Assembly (NCBI GenBank): GCA_036172245.1 | Contig: JAYWIR010000024.1 | Span: 558,001-622,000, forward strand | Direction of reading: 5' to 3' | Source of the DNA: Raillietiella orientalis | Lineage: Eukaryota | Length of the DNA stretch: 64,000 nt | Part shown: positions 1 to 13,164 of the stretch, piece by piece | Layout of the letters: every line of letters starts with the position of its first letter | Numbering within the stretch: position 1 is the stretch's first letter | Notes under the pieces: model-generated | The model's database searches: none | Seen by the model: the letters and a program-made list of their open reading frames with translations, nothing else | Told to the model about the DNA's origin: nothing | Program-made: the position numbers and the translations under genes

Positions 1-118
1 TTTTATAGCATTTGAACCGGATGCACCGAACTGTTCTCAGGAGAGAGTTTGCGCAAGTTGGGTTATCTTCTGCTGGACTAAAGTTGAACAGTATTGGGCA
101 ACCCGAATGGTACTATCC

Positions 119-430
119 TCATACTTGTTGGAGATCTGTATTGCAGCTCATGCGACATAGCCCTGATCCAATAAATTGTGGGACGGATTCTGATAGTTTC
201 CAAAATGTTTCCAGAGTCATTGTATACAAATCAAGATGTTCGGTTTCTATGAGGAATCCTTTCGTCTGAGTCACGGGTGGCAACGTTGCAATGCTCTCGA
301 ATTCCTTTTTCAAAGTCGTGACGTATCCCATCGCATAAACTATGAGAATGAACAAGATTCTTTTTTCCTGCCTCTGAACATGAAATAGAGATACTTCCAA
401 AAGGGATAAGCCTATCGTTTGCAACACTTT
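119..430 (-). pseudogene. Possible IR-like M2-M3 fragment or exon of a neighbouring gene
   Basis: GLSLLEVS..RILFILIVYAMGYVTTLKKEFESIATLP resembles the IR M3 region. Confidence 0.25.
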
Positions 431-1779
431 CAGTGCTTGATTTCCCTTTCTTTTTCACTTTTGGTTTACGTCTTCAAACTGAAGATATCTATCTCCTCCC
501 TTGCAGATTGCACACATTAGTTGACAGCTGCCAGCCACGGATAACTAGAAACTTTATTTATTATTAAATAAGTCCTCTGATTGAAAAAAAAAAAAAAAAG
601 CATTTAAAATTTCTGAATGTCCTATCCAAGTGTAATTAACTTGTGATCTCAATTGCACTCTGATAGCCCTGCTAGCTCCTATAAACAAGGCCTATAACTC
701 TGGAACCTTAATGTGCATCTTATCTTTACTAAGGAAAAGTTTTCAATTGAAAAAGGCACACTGGAAATTTATCGAGATCCGATGTCCAGTGCTCCAAGGG
801 AGTCATGGTTTACAGCCTCGTTTCCAGAGTGTGCGTTGCTTATTTCAAGCAGAATGAGTAGCTGCTCTCATTGTGTTGCTTAACAACGTACACAGAACGG
901 CGGTTCTCTCGGGGGGTTTGATACCCTCAAAGATTGAATCCCGGATTCGAATCTTCCAATCCTTTACTTTGCAGTGCCGAGACATGGAAGACCTGAGCAG
1001 GTCTCTGATGCTCGAATTTCCTTTCCCGTTGCGCCTCAGCTCAGCTCCAGACCGAATGACTTTTGGATTGCATGGGGGCGAAAAGCCTGAAGGAAAGAGT
1101 AGTGGTGCGACCAGTACGATCTCAGCAAAGTGAAATGCTTGATCCAGGAGCCCTCAGTCTAAAGTGCACGTCTCTTGCACCCATTATGCTTACAAGCCAA
1201 GGGCCGCGAGTTGTCATACCCAACACTGTGGGATGAACTTCCAAAGGCGTCTGCAAACGTTACTTGGGAAAGAAATGGGAACCGGGAGGAGCGCTCGAGG
1301 GTTACGCCCGCTGTCCTGCACTATGATCTTCGGCAAAGAATCCTCAAGACGACCTGTCCCTTTGGATTCCGGTTTGAATCCTGTCAGCTGCTCGCTGGTT
1401 TTCGTAAACGGGAGGCCTTTCTGGCATCGATCCGCCGACTCTCCACACGCTACCGCTTCCCTGTCGAAGGAGAGTTCTTGGTGATCTCAAGATGAGGCAT
1501 CGGAAAGCAATTCCGTCTCGCGATGGCGCGCGTCGGTAATCGTTCTATAAAGAGAATGCGCCCCACGAACCCTGGAAAAGATGCTTATCTTCAAAAATAT
1601 AGTCAACTCGCGAAAATTCTGATCCGCTCACTTGGGATACAAACACAGCTATGATCTGACAACATGGAGCATGCGGAGAGCATACGAAGAACTCAGAAAG
1701 CAAAAACGGAAATTTGGTCTGCTAGGAGATGAAGCGAATGTTTCCCTACTGCTTCTTCTTCGCTTTGCAACGATTTCGC

Positions 1780-2300
1780 ACGTCTTCGTCGCCAGGAGAC
1801 AAGCACCGTTGTTTAGCGATGTGGTCCGAAGTGTTTCCCAAGCTTCGCAATTGAACCCGGAAGACGTGCAAAAATACAATTCCTACCAATTTGAAATCAC
1901 ATTCGAATCCCAAGACACGGGCATCTTCAAGAACGCAAAGCCACCGATGGTTTTCAACCCCGCTCTGCATGTGATCATTCCCAATGCTTGATATGTGCCT
2001 TGGTTCGTCTGGTAGATGATGAAAGAGCGTTTCTTTTCTGTGCGCACGTGATGGTAAAAATCAGCAAAAATTCTTCCGTAACTGAGCGTGAGGTGTCCGG
2101 GGTGCGTGGCGTGTGTGACTCTCATCAAGTATTCTCTCGAACGATCTCGTTGGGAAGTCCGTCCGATCCGTCGACTGCTGAGATCCGGTTGCCTGGTTGT
2201 GGAAGAGCATTCTGTCTTTCGCGAGCATGCAGCCGCACCTGGAGGTGGGGCACAAATCTCGAGAGGCGCCTGGCGCACGATAGCACGCGAGAGCGAAGAG
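1780..2300 (+). mobile_element. Degenerate LINE ORF1-like relic
   Basis: VQKYNSYQFEITFES and IRLPGCGRAFC resemble RRM and pre-knuckle segments of Tx1/L1 ORF1. Confidence 0.3.
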
Positions 2301-2519
2301 GAACATCAGTGTGTGCCAGGAGAAGGAGGGGTTTTCGTGCGCGCTTCAACACTACAAGTTGTTTTTTTTGGGCTCAGAAAACAGTGGAATGCCTTCGTCC
2401 GGAAAAGAAACTGCTCCGAGTTGCAACACGAAAGCGGTTGATCAACATGGAAAGCAGCGCTGCTCGCTCGGTTAAGATCTCGATCCAAGCCACGGAATGG
2501 GTTCACAAATGAAGGGATT

Positions 2520-3955
2520 CATCGCTCCGCGTGTGAAGGTCGGGCAGATCTCAGGCTCCGCAACTTGGCTGCGACGGCCAAGGTTCTCCATCGCAGCTGC
2601 GTCTCTATGCGCTCCAGCGCCAGGAGGCCGATGACGCCGTCACGACGCGGAACGCATGAGTCTTTCCAGGGGTCTCGGGGGTTTCCGTTGCCCCCAAGGG
2701 CGATCCATAGCAAGTCTTTGGTTCGATTTTTCACTTGGGCAGGGACGGGGCAAACAAAAAGTAGCGGGCGCAGAATGAGTTTGGAACGCAAACGCGTTCC
2801 AAACCGCGGTCCGTTCCGGCAAGTGGAACTTGCCATCCAAAGAATGGTCAATCACCAAATCCACCTTTTGAAGACGGCCCGACCAGGCTTCTGTTGGACA
2901 GCAGTCCCCCAACGGAACGCCCAGGTACTGCAAGTATCTGTGCGTGGGGATCCCCAGGTGGATCCAGTCGGGCCGTCCAGACCACGTCGCGCCTACGGGC
3001 ACCACCGACGAGACTTGGCCCTGTTTACCCGGAGTCCGGTGCCGCGAGTCAACAGCTGGAAGAAAGCTTCCAAAGCTGAGGCCGGGGCGTTCGTGGGCAG
3101 CAGGAGCAGGAGATCATCGGTGTAAGCCGATACGGCAGGCGTGCCGGGGCACGAGCTCGGCAGGGTAGCCAGAGTCTCCCTGTACGCTCTCAGCACCAAC
3201 TCCAAGTAAGCGCTAAAGAGCATGGGGCTCAGGCTATCGCCTTGCCTGATCCTGCGCCGCACCGGCACGCCGTACGCGTGTTGTCCCCTAAAAAAAATGC
3301 TCGTCGTCGTGGCGCGCCAGCAGGTGCGCAGGTAAGCCGTTAAGGCGGGCGGGAAGCCCATTCGATCCAGAAGCTCCAGAAGGAGCTCTTGGTCCAGGCA
3401 GTCAAACGCTCTATGCAGATCGGCTGCGATAGCCAGGGCTCCCTTACCCGCCCGGCTGTCCCCTCCCTGCCCACCGGACGCCCTTCAGTTCAAATGTCCG
3501 ACCCTCTGTTTTTCCGTTCCATGTCCCAGCTGCAGGTGGAACCATGTGCTGGCCAGCAAGAGGATGTCTTCCATTCTTCGCCCGGGAACAGCGTAAAGTG
3601 TGCTCCGGGCTAATCATAAAGTCGGCCGGCCAGCCTGCCCGAAACGCACAGCCCCGCAACCAACTGGGTGTCCGTATTCACTATCCTGATCGGACGCCAG
3701 TTCAGCTGCCTGAAGTCTCCCTCCTTGGGGAGCAGTCTCATTCTCGCTGACCGAAACGAGGCGGGAACGTCGCCTTCGTCTCCGATCAGCTGGGTCAATC
3801 GAAGCACCAGGGGCGTCAGCTGTGCCGTGAAGCATCGGAAGAACTCCGCTGGCAGGCCGTTCCTCCCCTGGTGCTTTGCGCCTGTTGAGCCTCCCGATCG
3901 CCGTGATAATCTCACCGGTCGAGAAGGGCTTGTCCAGGCTTCCCCGTTCATCCTC
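2520..3955 (-). mobile_element. L1/Tx1-clade LINE copy A, inverted RT segment (degenerate)
   Basis: KAPG..GLPAEFF, LLPKEGD..NWRPIRIVNTD, RQGDSLSPMLF, SAYTDD, QYLGVPLG, CVPRRDGVIGL; frameshifted. Confidence 0.9.
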
Positions 3956-3959
3956 CCCT

Positions 3960-5093
3960 ATGACCGCGACGCCAGACGTCCCGTTCCGGGAGAGCCCTAG
4001 CGTGAAGGGAGGAGTAGAACCGCTTGACGAGGTGGCGTATCGCGTCCGCAGCCGACTGTTGCCGACCCCGGCTCGATGATCGGCCAGGAGACGGACGTTG
4101 GGGGTCCTCGCGTAAGGATGGGCGTGCAAATACGCCCTTTCGTTACGGACCCCCCCTCCGAATCCGGGATGCCCTTCCTGAGGAGGGCTCTTCAGAACAG
4201 CCGGAAGCCGGGGTGGCAAGTTTCCTGCCGGATCGCAGGCAGAGAAGTTGATCAGCGGCAGGACCATGGGAGAGCTTGCAGACGCTACGACCCCGAGCAT
4301 CCAGCCGAGAGGACTGAGGAAATGGGGCGAGCTGCTCGGCATCCAGACGGATGACCTGAAGTGGCCCCCGGTTCTGATTGGATCCAGGATTCCTCCCCTG
4401 AAGTGGCAAGAATCGGCGCTGCTGCTGTTGCATTGGGGGTTACCCTGCAACGCGCGCCGCTTCCACTGGACGCGGAGGAGAGTAAAGCCTGAGTGTGCCA
4501 GGTGCAGGGAACGGGAATGCCTCCCGCACCTGATAGTCGACTGTCCTGCCCTCCTGTCCCCTTTGGGAACATTTTGGGAGGACCCTCGGGCTCCCGGTGG
4601 GCAGCCAGCCCAGAGACATTTTACGACTTCTGTTCGTGCGAGACGCCCTGAAGCCCTCCGCAGCCCTTGCAGCACTTTGCTGCATCCGGGGCATCGTGGC
4701 GGCATGGAGTGATGCCCAGGACGAAGATGTTGATTCCAACGAGATGGAAGTCATCCCCTATGCAGTTCGCTTCATGCAGAGAGCTGCCGGATGGCCCCAG
4801 CTGGGAAGAATGAAGGAGGACCTCGAGGGCATCCTGCAAAGGATGGGCCCTCCCCGTAGTGGAATGTGATCCTTTCCCGGCCCTCCAAACTCTTTTTGTT
4901 TTTTTTTCTCAATTTTATTTTTATTTTTGTTTTCTCTCCCATCCCCTTCCACTGCCGAGGAGAGTCAACTAGGCTGCGTCCCGGTGTCCCGGCAAGTCCG
5001 TTAGTTGCGTGGCCGTTAGTGGGGCCTTGTACCACGTTTTTTTGTATTGACCATGCAAGAGGTTTTAAATAAACGTCCCGGCGTATCCGGGTG
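3960..5093 (+). mobile_element. LINE copy A, 3' segment with zinc knuckle and 3' UTR
   Basis: CARCRERECLPHLIVDC; ALCCIRGIVAAW; T-rich UTR; AATAAA 5068; CCCGG-N5-CCGGG-TG end. Confidence 0.88.
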
Positions 5094-5599
5094 GCATCTC
5101 CGAATCCGGGGGCAGGCGGTGCACGTTTGGAAGGTGCTGGCCCGGGAGGGATGACTATTTTCGTGCGACTGTCGTCCTTAAGAAGTCTGCCCATTCCTTG
5201 AGAAGACAAGAAGTGTCGAATTCTTCCCCATCACTCTTCGTTCCTGGATGTGATGCGGTGGCATTTGGTTTCCCGGTTGCCGGAGTCGCAGCAAGCAACG
5301 AGTGTGAACCCTGTTTCGACCGGATGCAACGCAAACGGATGCAATTCTCCTGCCTGTTACCTTCGGAGACGGAAGCGTCCGAGGTGGTTCCCCACCATCT
5401 TCCGTAATGCCCGGAACGCCTTGCACGTACACGCTATCCGCGTCTCTTTTTCTTTCCTTCCTGGAAGTGAGCACGGACGAACCGTCTGGAAGTGTGTGTG
5501 CCTACGCTTGGCAGCCCGCGTCGAAACGGGCCCTGGCCCTCCCTCTCCCTGCGCCCTGGGCGTACCCGGGTGGCTAACCCCTCCCTCTCTCTGCCTGTC

Positions 5600-5828
5600 T
5601 GCGAAGGGAACTCATTCCTTACTCTCCCCGGAGAGACTGCCCGCAGGGGGCCACCCGTTGCTTGGCGTCGGTCGTTTCCGTTCCTTCGCACCTGCAAAAG
5701 TGTGGTGCGACGCGCGCAGGCTGCAGCCACACCGCCGCCAACGCAAGCTGAAGCAAAAGGGTGGTGAGGTTTGAACCCGCACCCACGATTTCCGCGTCGC
5801 GTGCACGAGCCAAACCACCACCGTCAAT
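5600..5828 (-). mobile_element. tRNA-derived SINE-like relic: two tandem tRNA-like units plus a short body match
   Basis: Unit 1 has B-box GGTTCAAACC (5768-5777). Unit 2 GTTGGCGGCGGTGTGGCTGCAG matches the heads at 41119, 53369 and 57392. CAGTCTCTCCGGGGAGAGTAAGGAA matches 57897 onward. Confidence 0.55.
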
Positions 5829-6054
5829 GTGTACTTACAAGTTGCGTGCGCGCCCCCTTATATGGCTCGCGCAACGCTCTTTCCGCACTGCGAACGGGGC
5901 GCGTGAGTCTTTCGACCAAAGGAACAACAAGGTGACTCATTCATCGCCTCCGGCCGGAACCCCATCGGGGAGAGTTCTGCCAGGTCGAACCGCAACGAAA
6001 AGAACGGCGGCCAACCGCCTCACATGCAAAAATCCGTTCCGCTACCTGCAGTCC

Positions 6055-6195
6055 ATGTGTTGTCGAATAGGAAGCAGACATGCCGAGCTCATCTGCAGAA
6101 GTAGGGAGAGGAGCATTTTCATGGGAGGATTCGATGGAGCAGGCAAAACTACCATTTCGCATAGGTTTTGAGTCATACCTACAATCGAAGTGTGC
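6055..6195 (+). pseudogene. Arf/ARL1-like small GTPase N-terminal fragment
   Basis: SRERSIFMGGFDGAGKTTISHRF*VIPTI versus the Arf-family motif REMRIL.LGLDGAGKTTILYRL....TIPTI; stop codon and deletion. Confidence 0.6.
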
Positions 6196-7623
6196 GAATC
6201 GACACGACTGGAAGACTTTGACTGGCACGTGTGTTCACGTTGACAGCTGACCTGGCACACAGGATTGCACCATGCTATCGCTTTCGTTCACTCTTATAAG
6301 GCTCTGCACTTCATTACTAAAATATTAAAAATGGAACACATGTGCCATGTGATTGAAAACACCCACGAAAAAGCCTCGAAAGCTATCTCGCCGTAAAATC
6401 GGGAAGCAAAAAGCCCATATGCCGAACGAGCTAAGCTCGCGGGGTGCTGCCGAGCGACCGGCGACATCCGCTAACACTGGAAGACGAGCCAACTAGATGA
6501 CCAGACTGCGTCGCACGGGCACAGCTTAGTTGCAGCACTTATTGGAGCATCGTTTCCGTTGCTTTCGTATCCACGGCTTCCCCTTCAAGGCATGGAGATG
6601 TCAATCCTCTTGTAGCTGCGCAGCTACGACGCGCACGCACAGTCCAGCTACGAGAACGAACTTCTTCCACCAGGTACGCCGGGGCGTTTACTTAAAGACA
6701 ACGCAAACATTTACCGTTTGTGTGGTTGGACCAGGAGTCCAGCCACTTCCTTTTCGTGTGGTGGGCTACTAGAACGAAGGGCATCACTCTGGGCAACACA
6801 TTTCTATCGCCACCTGCACCGGCATGGGTTCAGGAGCAGTCCTTCGACCCATCGTAATTTTGCTTGGAAAGACGCCAGAATGCATCTCGAGTTACGAATG
6901 CTGGGCCATCTACATATCCTATGGTGAAACGCGAGATTGCCAAGGCACGTCGAAATTCGGATGTTCCGGACAGAATTGGCATTCGGGTGCGCAACGCCAA
7001 ATCGCTTGAAAGCGAAGGACTTGCCGAGAGCATGCCGAACTTTCATCCTAGGAGTCGACTTGTCCCATTACCGAGGACAGTGGGAATTTTGCTGACTTTG
7101 CTGAGAATCGGCCGGGGATGCGGAAACGTGTGAGCGCACCTTTCACTCCCGAGTTTTTTTTTTTGTAATGCGCGCTGATCACTGTATGCCCCCAAACGTA
7201 ATGCTTTTCCTGGTCGGATATGTCAAGCAAACGTCTGAACATCATCCGTTTACGAGGAAACTTCAGGGAACTTGAAAGGTATCCAGAAGGGGAAGGCATT
7301 GGAAGAAGTCTGCAAACGTCTCCATGGTGCCCTGAACACTGGAAAAAGGATCATTGGAACGGGCCCTAAAGTTTCTTAATTATTCACGAAAAATCCAAAT
7401 TCGAGTAGAGCATTTATTTATTTATTTTTACTTTTTTTTATTCCATTTTGTTTTTTTTGTGAGCAAGAGCATCCCTGTATTGGAGGCCCATCCACGTGGG
7501 TCAGTCAGCATGCCCCCATTTGCAGTACTGTTTTAGCAGGTATTTGTGTTCAAGTATGTCTTACATTGAGGGCACTGGTATCTAAAGGCCTCGTGGATGT
7601 CCATGAAAGGAGAGTCATGTTTG

Positions 7624-8560
7624 TCACCCGGATTTGCCCGGGCATTTATTATAAAAAATTATAATGAAAGTCGTTAATTACATTTCTGTGGTAGAACACT
7701 TGGTTGCTCCCACGCGCAAGGAAGTCGCCAAAAACTGGTACGCAGACCGCTGAGGTCCGCTCTAGCGGCGAAAGGGAGGGAAAACTACAAAAAACAGACA
7801 AACAAACAAAAAAGAGGACAAATGGGCGGTGGGTAAGTTCCTTGGGGGAGAAGGCGTGAGGAAGGGATCATCACTACTCGCCAGGACACGTTTTCTGCTT
7901 CCTGTTCAGGATGTTGACGAATTCTGTTACTTTGTTGCTGTTGGGGCTATCGGGAAGCGGTCTCAAGAAGATTCCCGCCCAGTGGATGGCATCCCTGCTA
8001 TTTTGGGCTCTTCTTGCGTTCCGGGTTGCCACGATTCCGCGAACACAGCAGAGAGCTGCTAGACTTGATGCTGCAGGCAGGGTGTCACGAATGAGGAGGC
8101 GCCGAAAAATGTTTTTGGGGTCGCCTGACGGGATTTCGCGGATCAACGGGAGTCGATCCCACAGGGCTCGGAGGGCGACAGCCTATCAATAAGTGCCGGA
8201 AGTTCTCCTTCTCTCCGCAACTTTCGTAGTTGACATCCACGCTTCCCCACGCTGTCCAATGATGGAGGCGGTCTGTGCATGGAGTTCCCCGATGCAAGAT
8301 TAGCAGCGCCGCCTTTTGCCACTGTCCCAACACGCTGGGGGCCACTTGACCTCCTCCGGAGGTATCGTGAGCAGCTCGCCCCAGGTTAGCAGTCCTTTTG
8401 ACGGGACACTCGGCATCGCAGCGTCCGCTAACTGCCGAGTTGTCCACGCGTGTAAAAGTTTTTTGCTGCTTGGATGAGGCAGGACATTCCCCACTTTGCC
8501 GGCTGATTGCTGTCCCGGGCGTTTTCGAGGGAGGCGAATCACGCAGGGCACATTGGTGTG
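7624..8560 (-). mobile_element. LINE copy B, 5'-truncated 3' end
   Basis: KKLLHAWTTRQLADAAMPSVP.KGLLTWGELL.IPPEEVKWPP, ALCCVRGIVA; AATAAATGCCCGGGCAAATCCGGGTGA end. Confidence 0.87.
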
Positions 8561-9371
8561 TCATGATCAATATGTTCTGAATTTCTGTTGACATATAAAG
8601 TGTTCTGCCTACCGATCTTGGCATCATGCTCCATGGTTTCAGTAATGGTAGAGGCAAAACAACCGTTCGGTTCAAATCGGAAAATGAGTAGCGCGGAGGA
8701 CGGGTTTGTCCGATTTGCGGCAGACGCGGCGCACCATCAACCGACCAAAAGGGTCGAGACGTCGAGAAAGTGTTCCTGCGATTGAGAAGAAATGCTGTTC
8801 ATCTCGTGGTTTATACCGCTGAAGCCACACAGAATGGTGAAATAAACATGAAACCTTGGAAATAAGAGTGCAGATAAGAGTCTGGTGATGTTGTCCAAGC
8901 GTTGAGTGACATAAATACCACCTACCTTCTCGTCGTGTCTGTTTTCTGGCTCCCTCCAAGGCAGTAGGCAAGAGAGAGTTTTCTGACCACAATTACACCA
9001 TCCGGTGCAATAGAGGTCGAGCACTTGATTTCAGGGTTAGCACTGGTGATGGGAAGCACTGCGCGTCTAATCGCAGGAGGTCACCACAAAGCCGAAATTT
9101 GTGCATCGAAGACTCCCCATCCCACGGCAGCCGAGGCAGCTCAGCCGCCGGCACTTACCAAGACGAAGGCGACGCTGTTTCCTACCGCCGCGCGCGCAGG
9201 CGCAACGCCCCTCACGGATGTTAGAGAAGCTGTGCATGCGAGCACGGGCGCTGCAGAAGTGCCCCAAACGGGTGGAAACCTGCCGCACTTCCTGGTGACC
9301 ATCCGCCGGACAGGGCGAGGAACCCACCATAGTCTTCCCAGCAGTAATGCGGTGAGTCGCTTCCTCTTATT

Positions 9372-10651
9372 GGTTCAGCGTAGCCTGTTGGAATGTCAAC
9401 GGTCTGCGCGACGATTGGGAGCGCAGCGTGGATGCTCTGTGCCGGTTCGCCTCCGCACTCATGCAGGAGATTCACAACATCCGATGATCCCTTGGTTTCC
9501 GAGCTCGGGCAGTGAGCAGGCGAGGATGGCTCCGCACGATCGTGTGATGTGTTCCTCGTGCATCGCAGGATGGCGGGAGCGGTACGACACGTTCGGTCCG
9601 AAGAGGGTGGGCGAGTGGACCAACTTGTTCTCAAGTGGGCAGACTCAATTGATCTCGATAGTGGCGAACGTCTACGAGCTAAGCGGTTTCCATTAGCGCT
9701 GCAAAAGAATGGGCTTCTTTGGCGTGCCGAAAGTCAATTACTCGCGATCTCCAGAGTCAGGGTGGCGCACCTCTTTGTAGGGGACTTCAACGTTCACCTA
9801 CTTTCCTAAAAAGAGCACTCGACAGCCTACTGCCAGCGAGGTGGGAAGTGACCTGCGTAATACGAAACACGAAGAAACATGCGTTGACAACTCGGGAGCT
9901 GGCGGACGTCGTGACCTCGAGTGTCCCACCCAAAGGACTGCTACGCTAAGGAGAACTACTACAAATTCCTCTGAACAAGGTGAAGTGGCTCCCAGCGTCT
10001 TGGACTAGTGCTACCCTCCCCCTAAAGTGGCTGGAGTCGGCGATCCTGCTGGTGTGCTGGAGCCTCCCATGCAGCGCTCGCTGACACCATTGGACCCGAG
10101 AGACGACGAGCCTCAACTGCAACAGGTACGGCGGAGAGTCCCTCCTGCACTGCCCATGGAATGTGCTGCCCTCCGTCCTTGTGGCAGCTCTTTGCCGCGT
10201 CCCTGCGGATCCTCTAGGAAAAACCCCAGAGGCGTTCTTAAGCGTCTCTTCCTTCGCTAGGCCCTCACGCCGGCCGCATCCCTAGCAGCAATGTGCTGCC
10301 TACAAGGGATCGTGGCTGCTGCATGGAGGAGGCCAGAACGACAGGGACGACATGTATTTCGCGGTCCTCTTTTTGAGGATAGCGTCAAGATGGCTCCATC
10401 TGGGAATCATGAAACAGGAACTTGCCGGCATCCTAGCACGGCAGCAGAGGACGCCCTCCAACAGCCTGTGATCCTTTTCAGAGCGCCCAAAGTATTTCAT
10501 TTATTTTCATTCTGTCCTTTTTGTTTGTCCCTCTGCTGCCGAGGCATTCCTGGCAGGTTCCCCCCCGTGACGTGGCAGGGCCGAGCGTCCTGCCACTGAT
10601 TTGTATGTTTATTTTTTTTTTTTACAAAGAAACCCCCCGGTGCAACCGGGT
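9372..10651 (+). mobile_element. LINE copy C, internally deleted (APE N-half joined to ORF2 C-terminus and 3' UTR)
   Basis: FSVACWNVNGL..MQEIH, VANVY, LFVGDFN, then directly LKRAL...RWEVTCVI; CCCGG-N5-CCGGG end. Confidence 0.82.
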
Positions 10652-11249
10652 AACGCGTCCTGGAAAGCGTCTTGAACTACGCAGCAGCGCGCCGGATGTT
10701 CCTCGTGGACAAAGGTTACCAGGGTATTCCAATGGTTAGCCTTTGAGCGCTATGGACGCCTATATGCGTCTGGTAAATCTTTTACTAAGTCACACTATCC
10801 AAGTTTGAGGTGGACGACGCATACACTTAAGTTCTTATAATTCCCTTAGCAACGACAGTAAACAAAATTCTATTTATATCGGCTCACCATTCTCGTTTTT
10901 TCTCAAGGTTGTATATAACTTATTAAATTGATTTTCATCTTTGTGATATCTTAAAAATGTGAATAAATTGTTGATCGATTCAAATTATAATTATATTTTA
11001 AAAAGCTTGTAATATAATTATAATATATTAATTTTCAAATGAATACTATATGTTTGAAAAGAAGGAAAATATTCTATTCATTATGGTGTAAATAAACAAT
11101 TATAATAGTAACCTTAATCAGCACTTTCTATAGTCCATCGGTAACTCTATAGAGCACGCGGTAAGAGAAAAAGCACTTCTTCCACAGAGATCGCAGCTGC
11201 GACTCGCGTGCCATCAGCACAGAACGTTTAAATCTGATGAGCTCAGCAC

Positions 11250-11990
11250 CCACGGGTTAAACACCTCAAATACGTAGGTGTCCCACTGGGAGACTTCCCG
11301 TCCAGGGAAGTCTGTTCCGATTGTCTCGACAGGATGGAAATGGCTCTGGTCCCATTTCCGGATGGCAGATTCCTGCTTCCGGAACGGGCTTTCATATGGA
11401 ACACCATCAGAGCTCCCCTCCTCCATCTCCTCCTCTCTGAAACCATTCCTCCCGCGGAAGCGAGACGTCGACCCCAACATCTCCTTGACAAACTTTTTTG
11501 AGAGGAGGCAAGACTACGTGTACGTCTCAAAGACATTTGTGCACCCAGAGGAGACTCAGGGCTTGGCGCGAAGACGCTGGAAGCCCTGAAGAAACAGTTT
11601 CTGTTCCTCAGGCTACACCTCATCGTCTCTCACTGGAACGAACACCAACATCAGCCCGCCAAGCAAATATGTGCATGCATGAGAGACAGAGGAGGCCAGC
11701 TGGCAGTAGGAGTACCTTGGCTTCCCACTCATAAAGCTCTGCACACTGCTGAGGAGGTGGCAATGGATTTCCTGCAGACCTCTGAATTACAGGTTTTGGA
11801 TCCAGGAATCTTTGAACATGTGGCTTTATCTGAAGGGAATCCACGCAAGTATGCATAGCTCTCCCACATCTACCCGCAACAAACAGCTGGCTTTCATGGT
11901 AGAAGACTCAAACATTAGGGAAAAACTCCAGAAAACTCGCTTGGCAGCCTTCTGGAATGACTCCCGAGAACGGAGTAACGGTGACCAGGA
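11250..11990 (+). mobile_element. Second L1/Tx1 family, RT thumb region
   Basis: KHLKYVGVPLG..DGRFLLPERAFIWN..RVRLKDICAPRGDSGLG. Confidence 0.8.
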
Positions 11991-11994
11991 TTGC

Positions 11995-13160
11995 CCCCAG
12001 TCCGACCAGCGAAGGGGTGAATTTATTTAACAACAACAGGGGTACAATTACAACAGTATCAACCGCTCGCACTCATTCGGTTACATTCTATCTGTGGATT
12101 CTCAGAGTTTGCTGTGACGCGTAGTGTCCTTTTTGGATGCACCGTCTGAGTTGTTTCCTTTGGAGAGGATCACTGGGAGTGCTGGAGGGCAGTTCACTAG
12201 CTTGGGCCACTTCCACTATCTTCAGGATGTAGCGGTACGTCCAGGCGGGTATTTTGCCGCAGTTCCTGATCCCTATCTCTCGTCTGATCAATCCTTGTAA
12301 TAAGTTGATTGTCTCTAGCTACCGTATTTCTAATCTTTGCCCTTCTTATCACGATGCTCGTGATGAAGAGGGAGGTGGTGGCCCGAACCATGGGATTGTA
12401 TCATGGAACATTGCCGCTAAAATATCTGCTCTTGTGGTCCTCTGCAGGCCAACACCGTCTTCAGCGTGCTCCAGTCCTTGCGCAGCGTCGGGCACAGATG
12501 ACGACGTGGAGTTGGGTGTCCCTGCTGCCACACGTCTTGCAGAGTTCATCGACGATGTTTCCTCTCCAGTGTTTTATTCTGCTACCACTTAGGATGCCCC
12601 CTTGGTAAACATGAGGAGGTCATCCTGAATATCTGGTGGTAGATCACTCTTGGAGACTGTAGTTTCAACCGCTTGCAGGCTTACCATCCCGTAGCAAATG
12701 GCAGCCATGGCGACGACGTCTTCTGGGTAGCTGTCCTTCATTGCCTCGCGGATGTTGGTTCTGGTCGTCAGGATCCAAGCGTTGGATGTCTGATGCTTCC
12801 AAAACTGTTACATCTTGCAGGTGTATCTCCCCCTCATGCCTTGCGCATAGCGAAACAGTCGCATCTCGTGAGCGTTGCCACCGATTGCAAACCGTTCGCA
12901 GTCGCGGATGATCATTACTGGCCTCTGGAATATCTACTTCCAGGTCTCCCTAGATACCGGTACAAAATGCTGGATAACCATGGCCAGTTCTTCATTCTAC
13001 AATTCTTTCTTCGATGCACCAGCTTGAAGTGATGGCTCGCCATCAGTGCCTGCTTCCTTTTCCACGTGGAGTCGATGTTGCCCCATTCTCCATGTTTGCC
13101 GGCATCAGGTCTGGGGTTGCCCACCAACTTCGATGGTGACCAAGAAGCTGCTGCGAGATC
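11995..13160 (-). mobile_element. Second L1/Tx1 family, C-terminal zinc knuckle and 3' end
   Basis: RIKHWRGNIVDELCKTCGSRDTQLHVVIC; AATAAA followed by CCCC...GGGGG near 12025-11995. Confidence 0.65.
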
Positions 13161-13164
13161 AATC

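Noticed and set aside
3614..4705. 363-aa ORF and other long GC-rich ORFs in the track
   Set aside because: Mostly antisense or off-frame reads of decayed LINE sequence; no intact ORF1 or ORF2 exists in the window.
5068..5093. Helitron-like 3' hairpin
   Set aside because: No CTRR end or Rep/helicase motifs; it follows LINE ORF2 and AATAAA.
13060..13140. VTIEVGGQP...ENGATS resembling a retroviral protease
   Set aside because: No D(T/S)G motif, and the downstream sequence is a LINE C-terminal zinc knuckle and 3' end.
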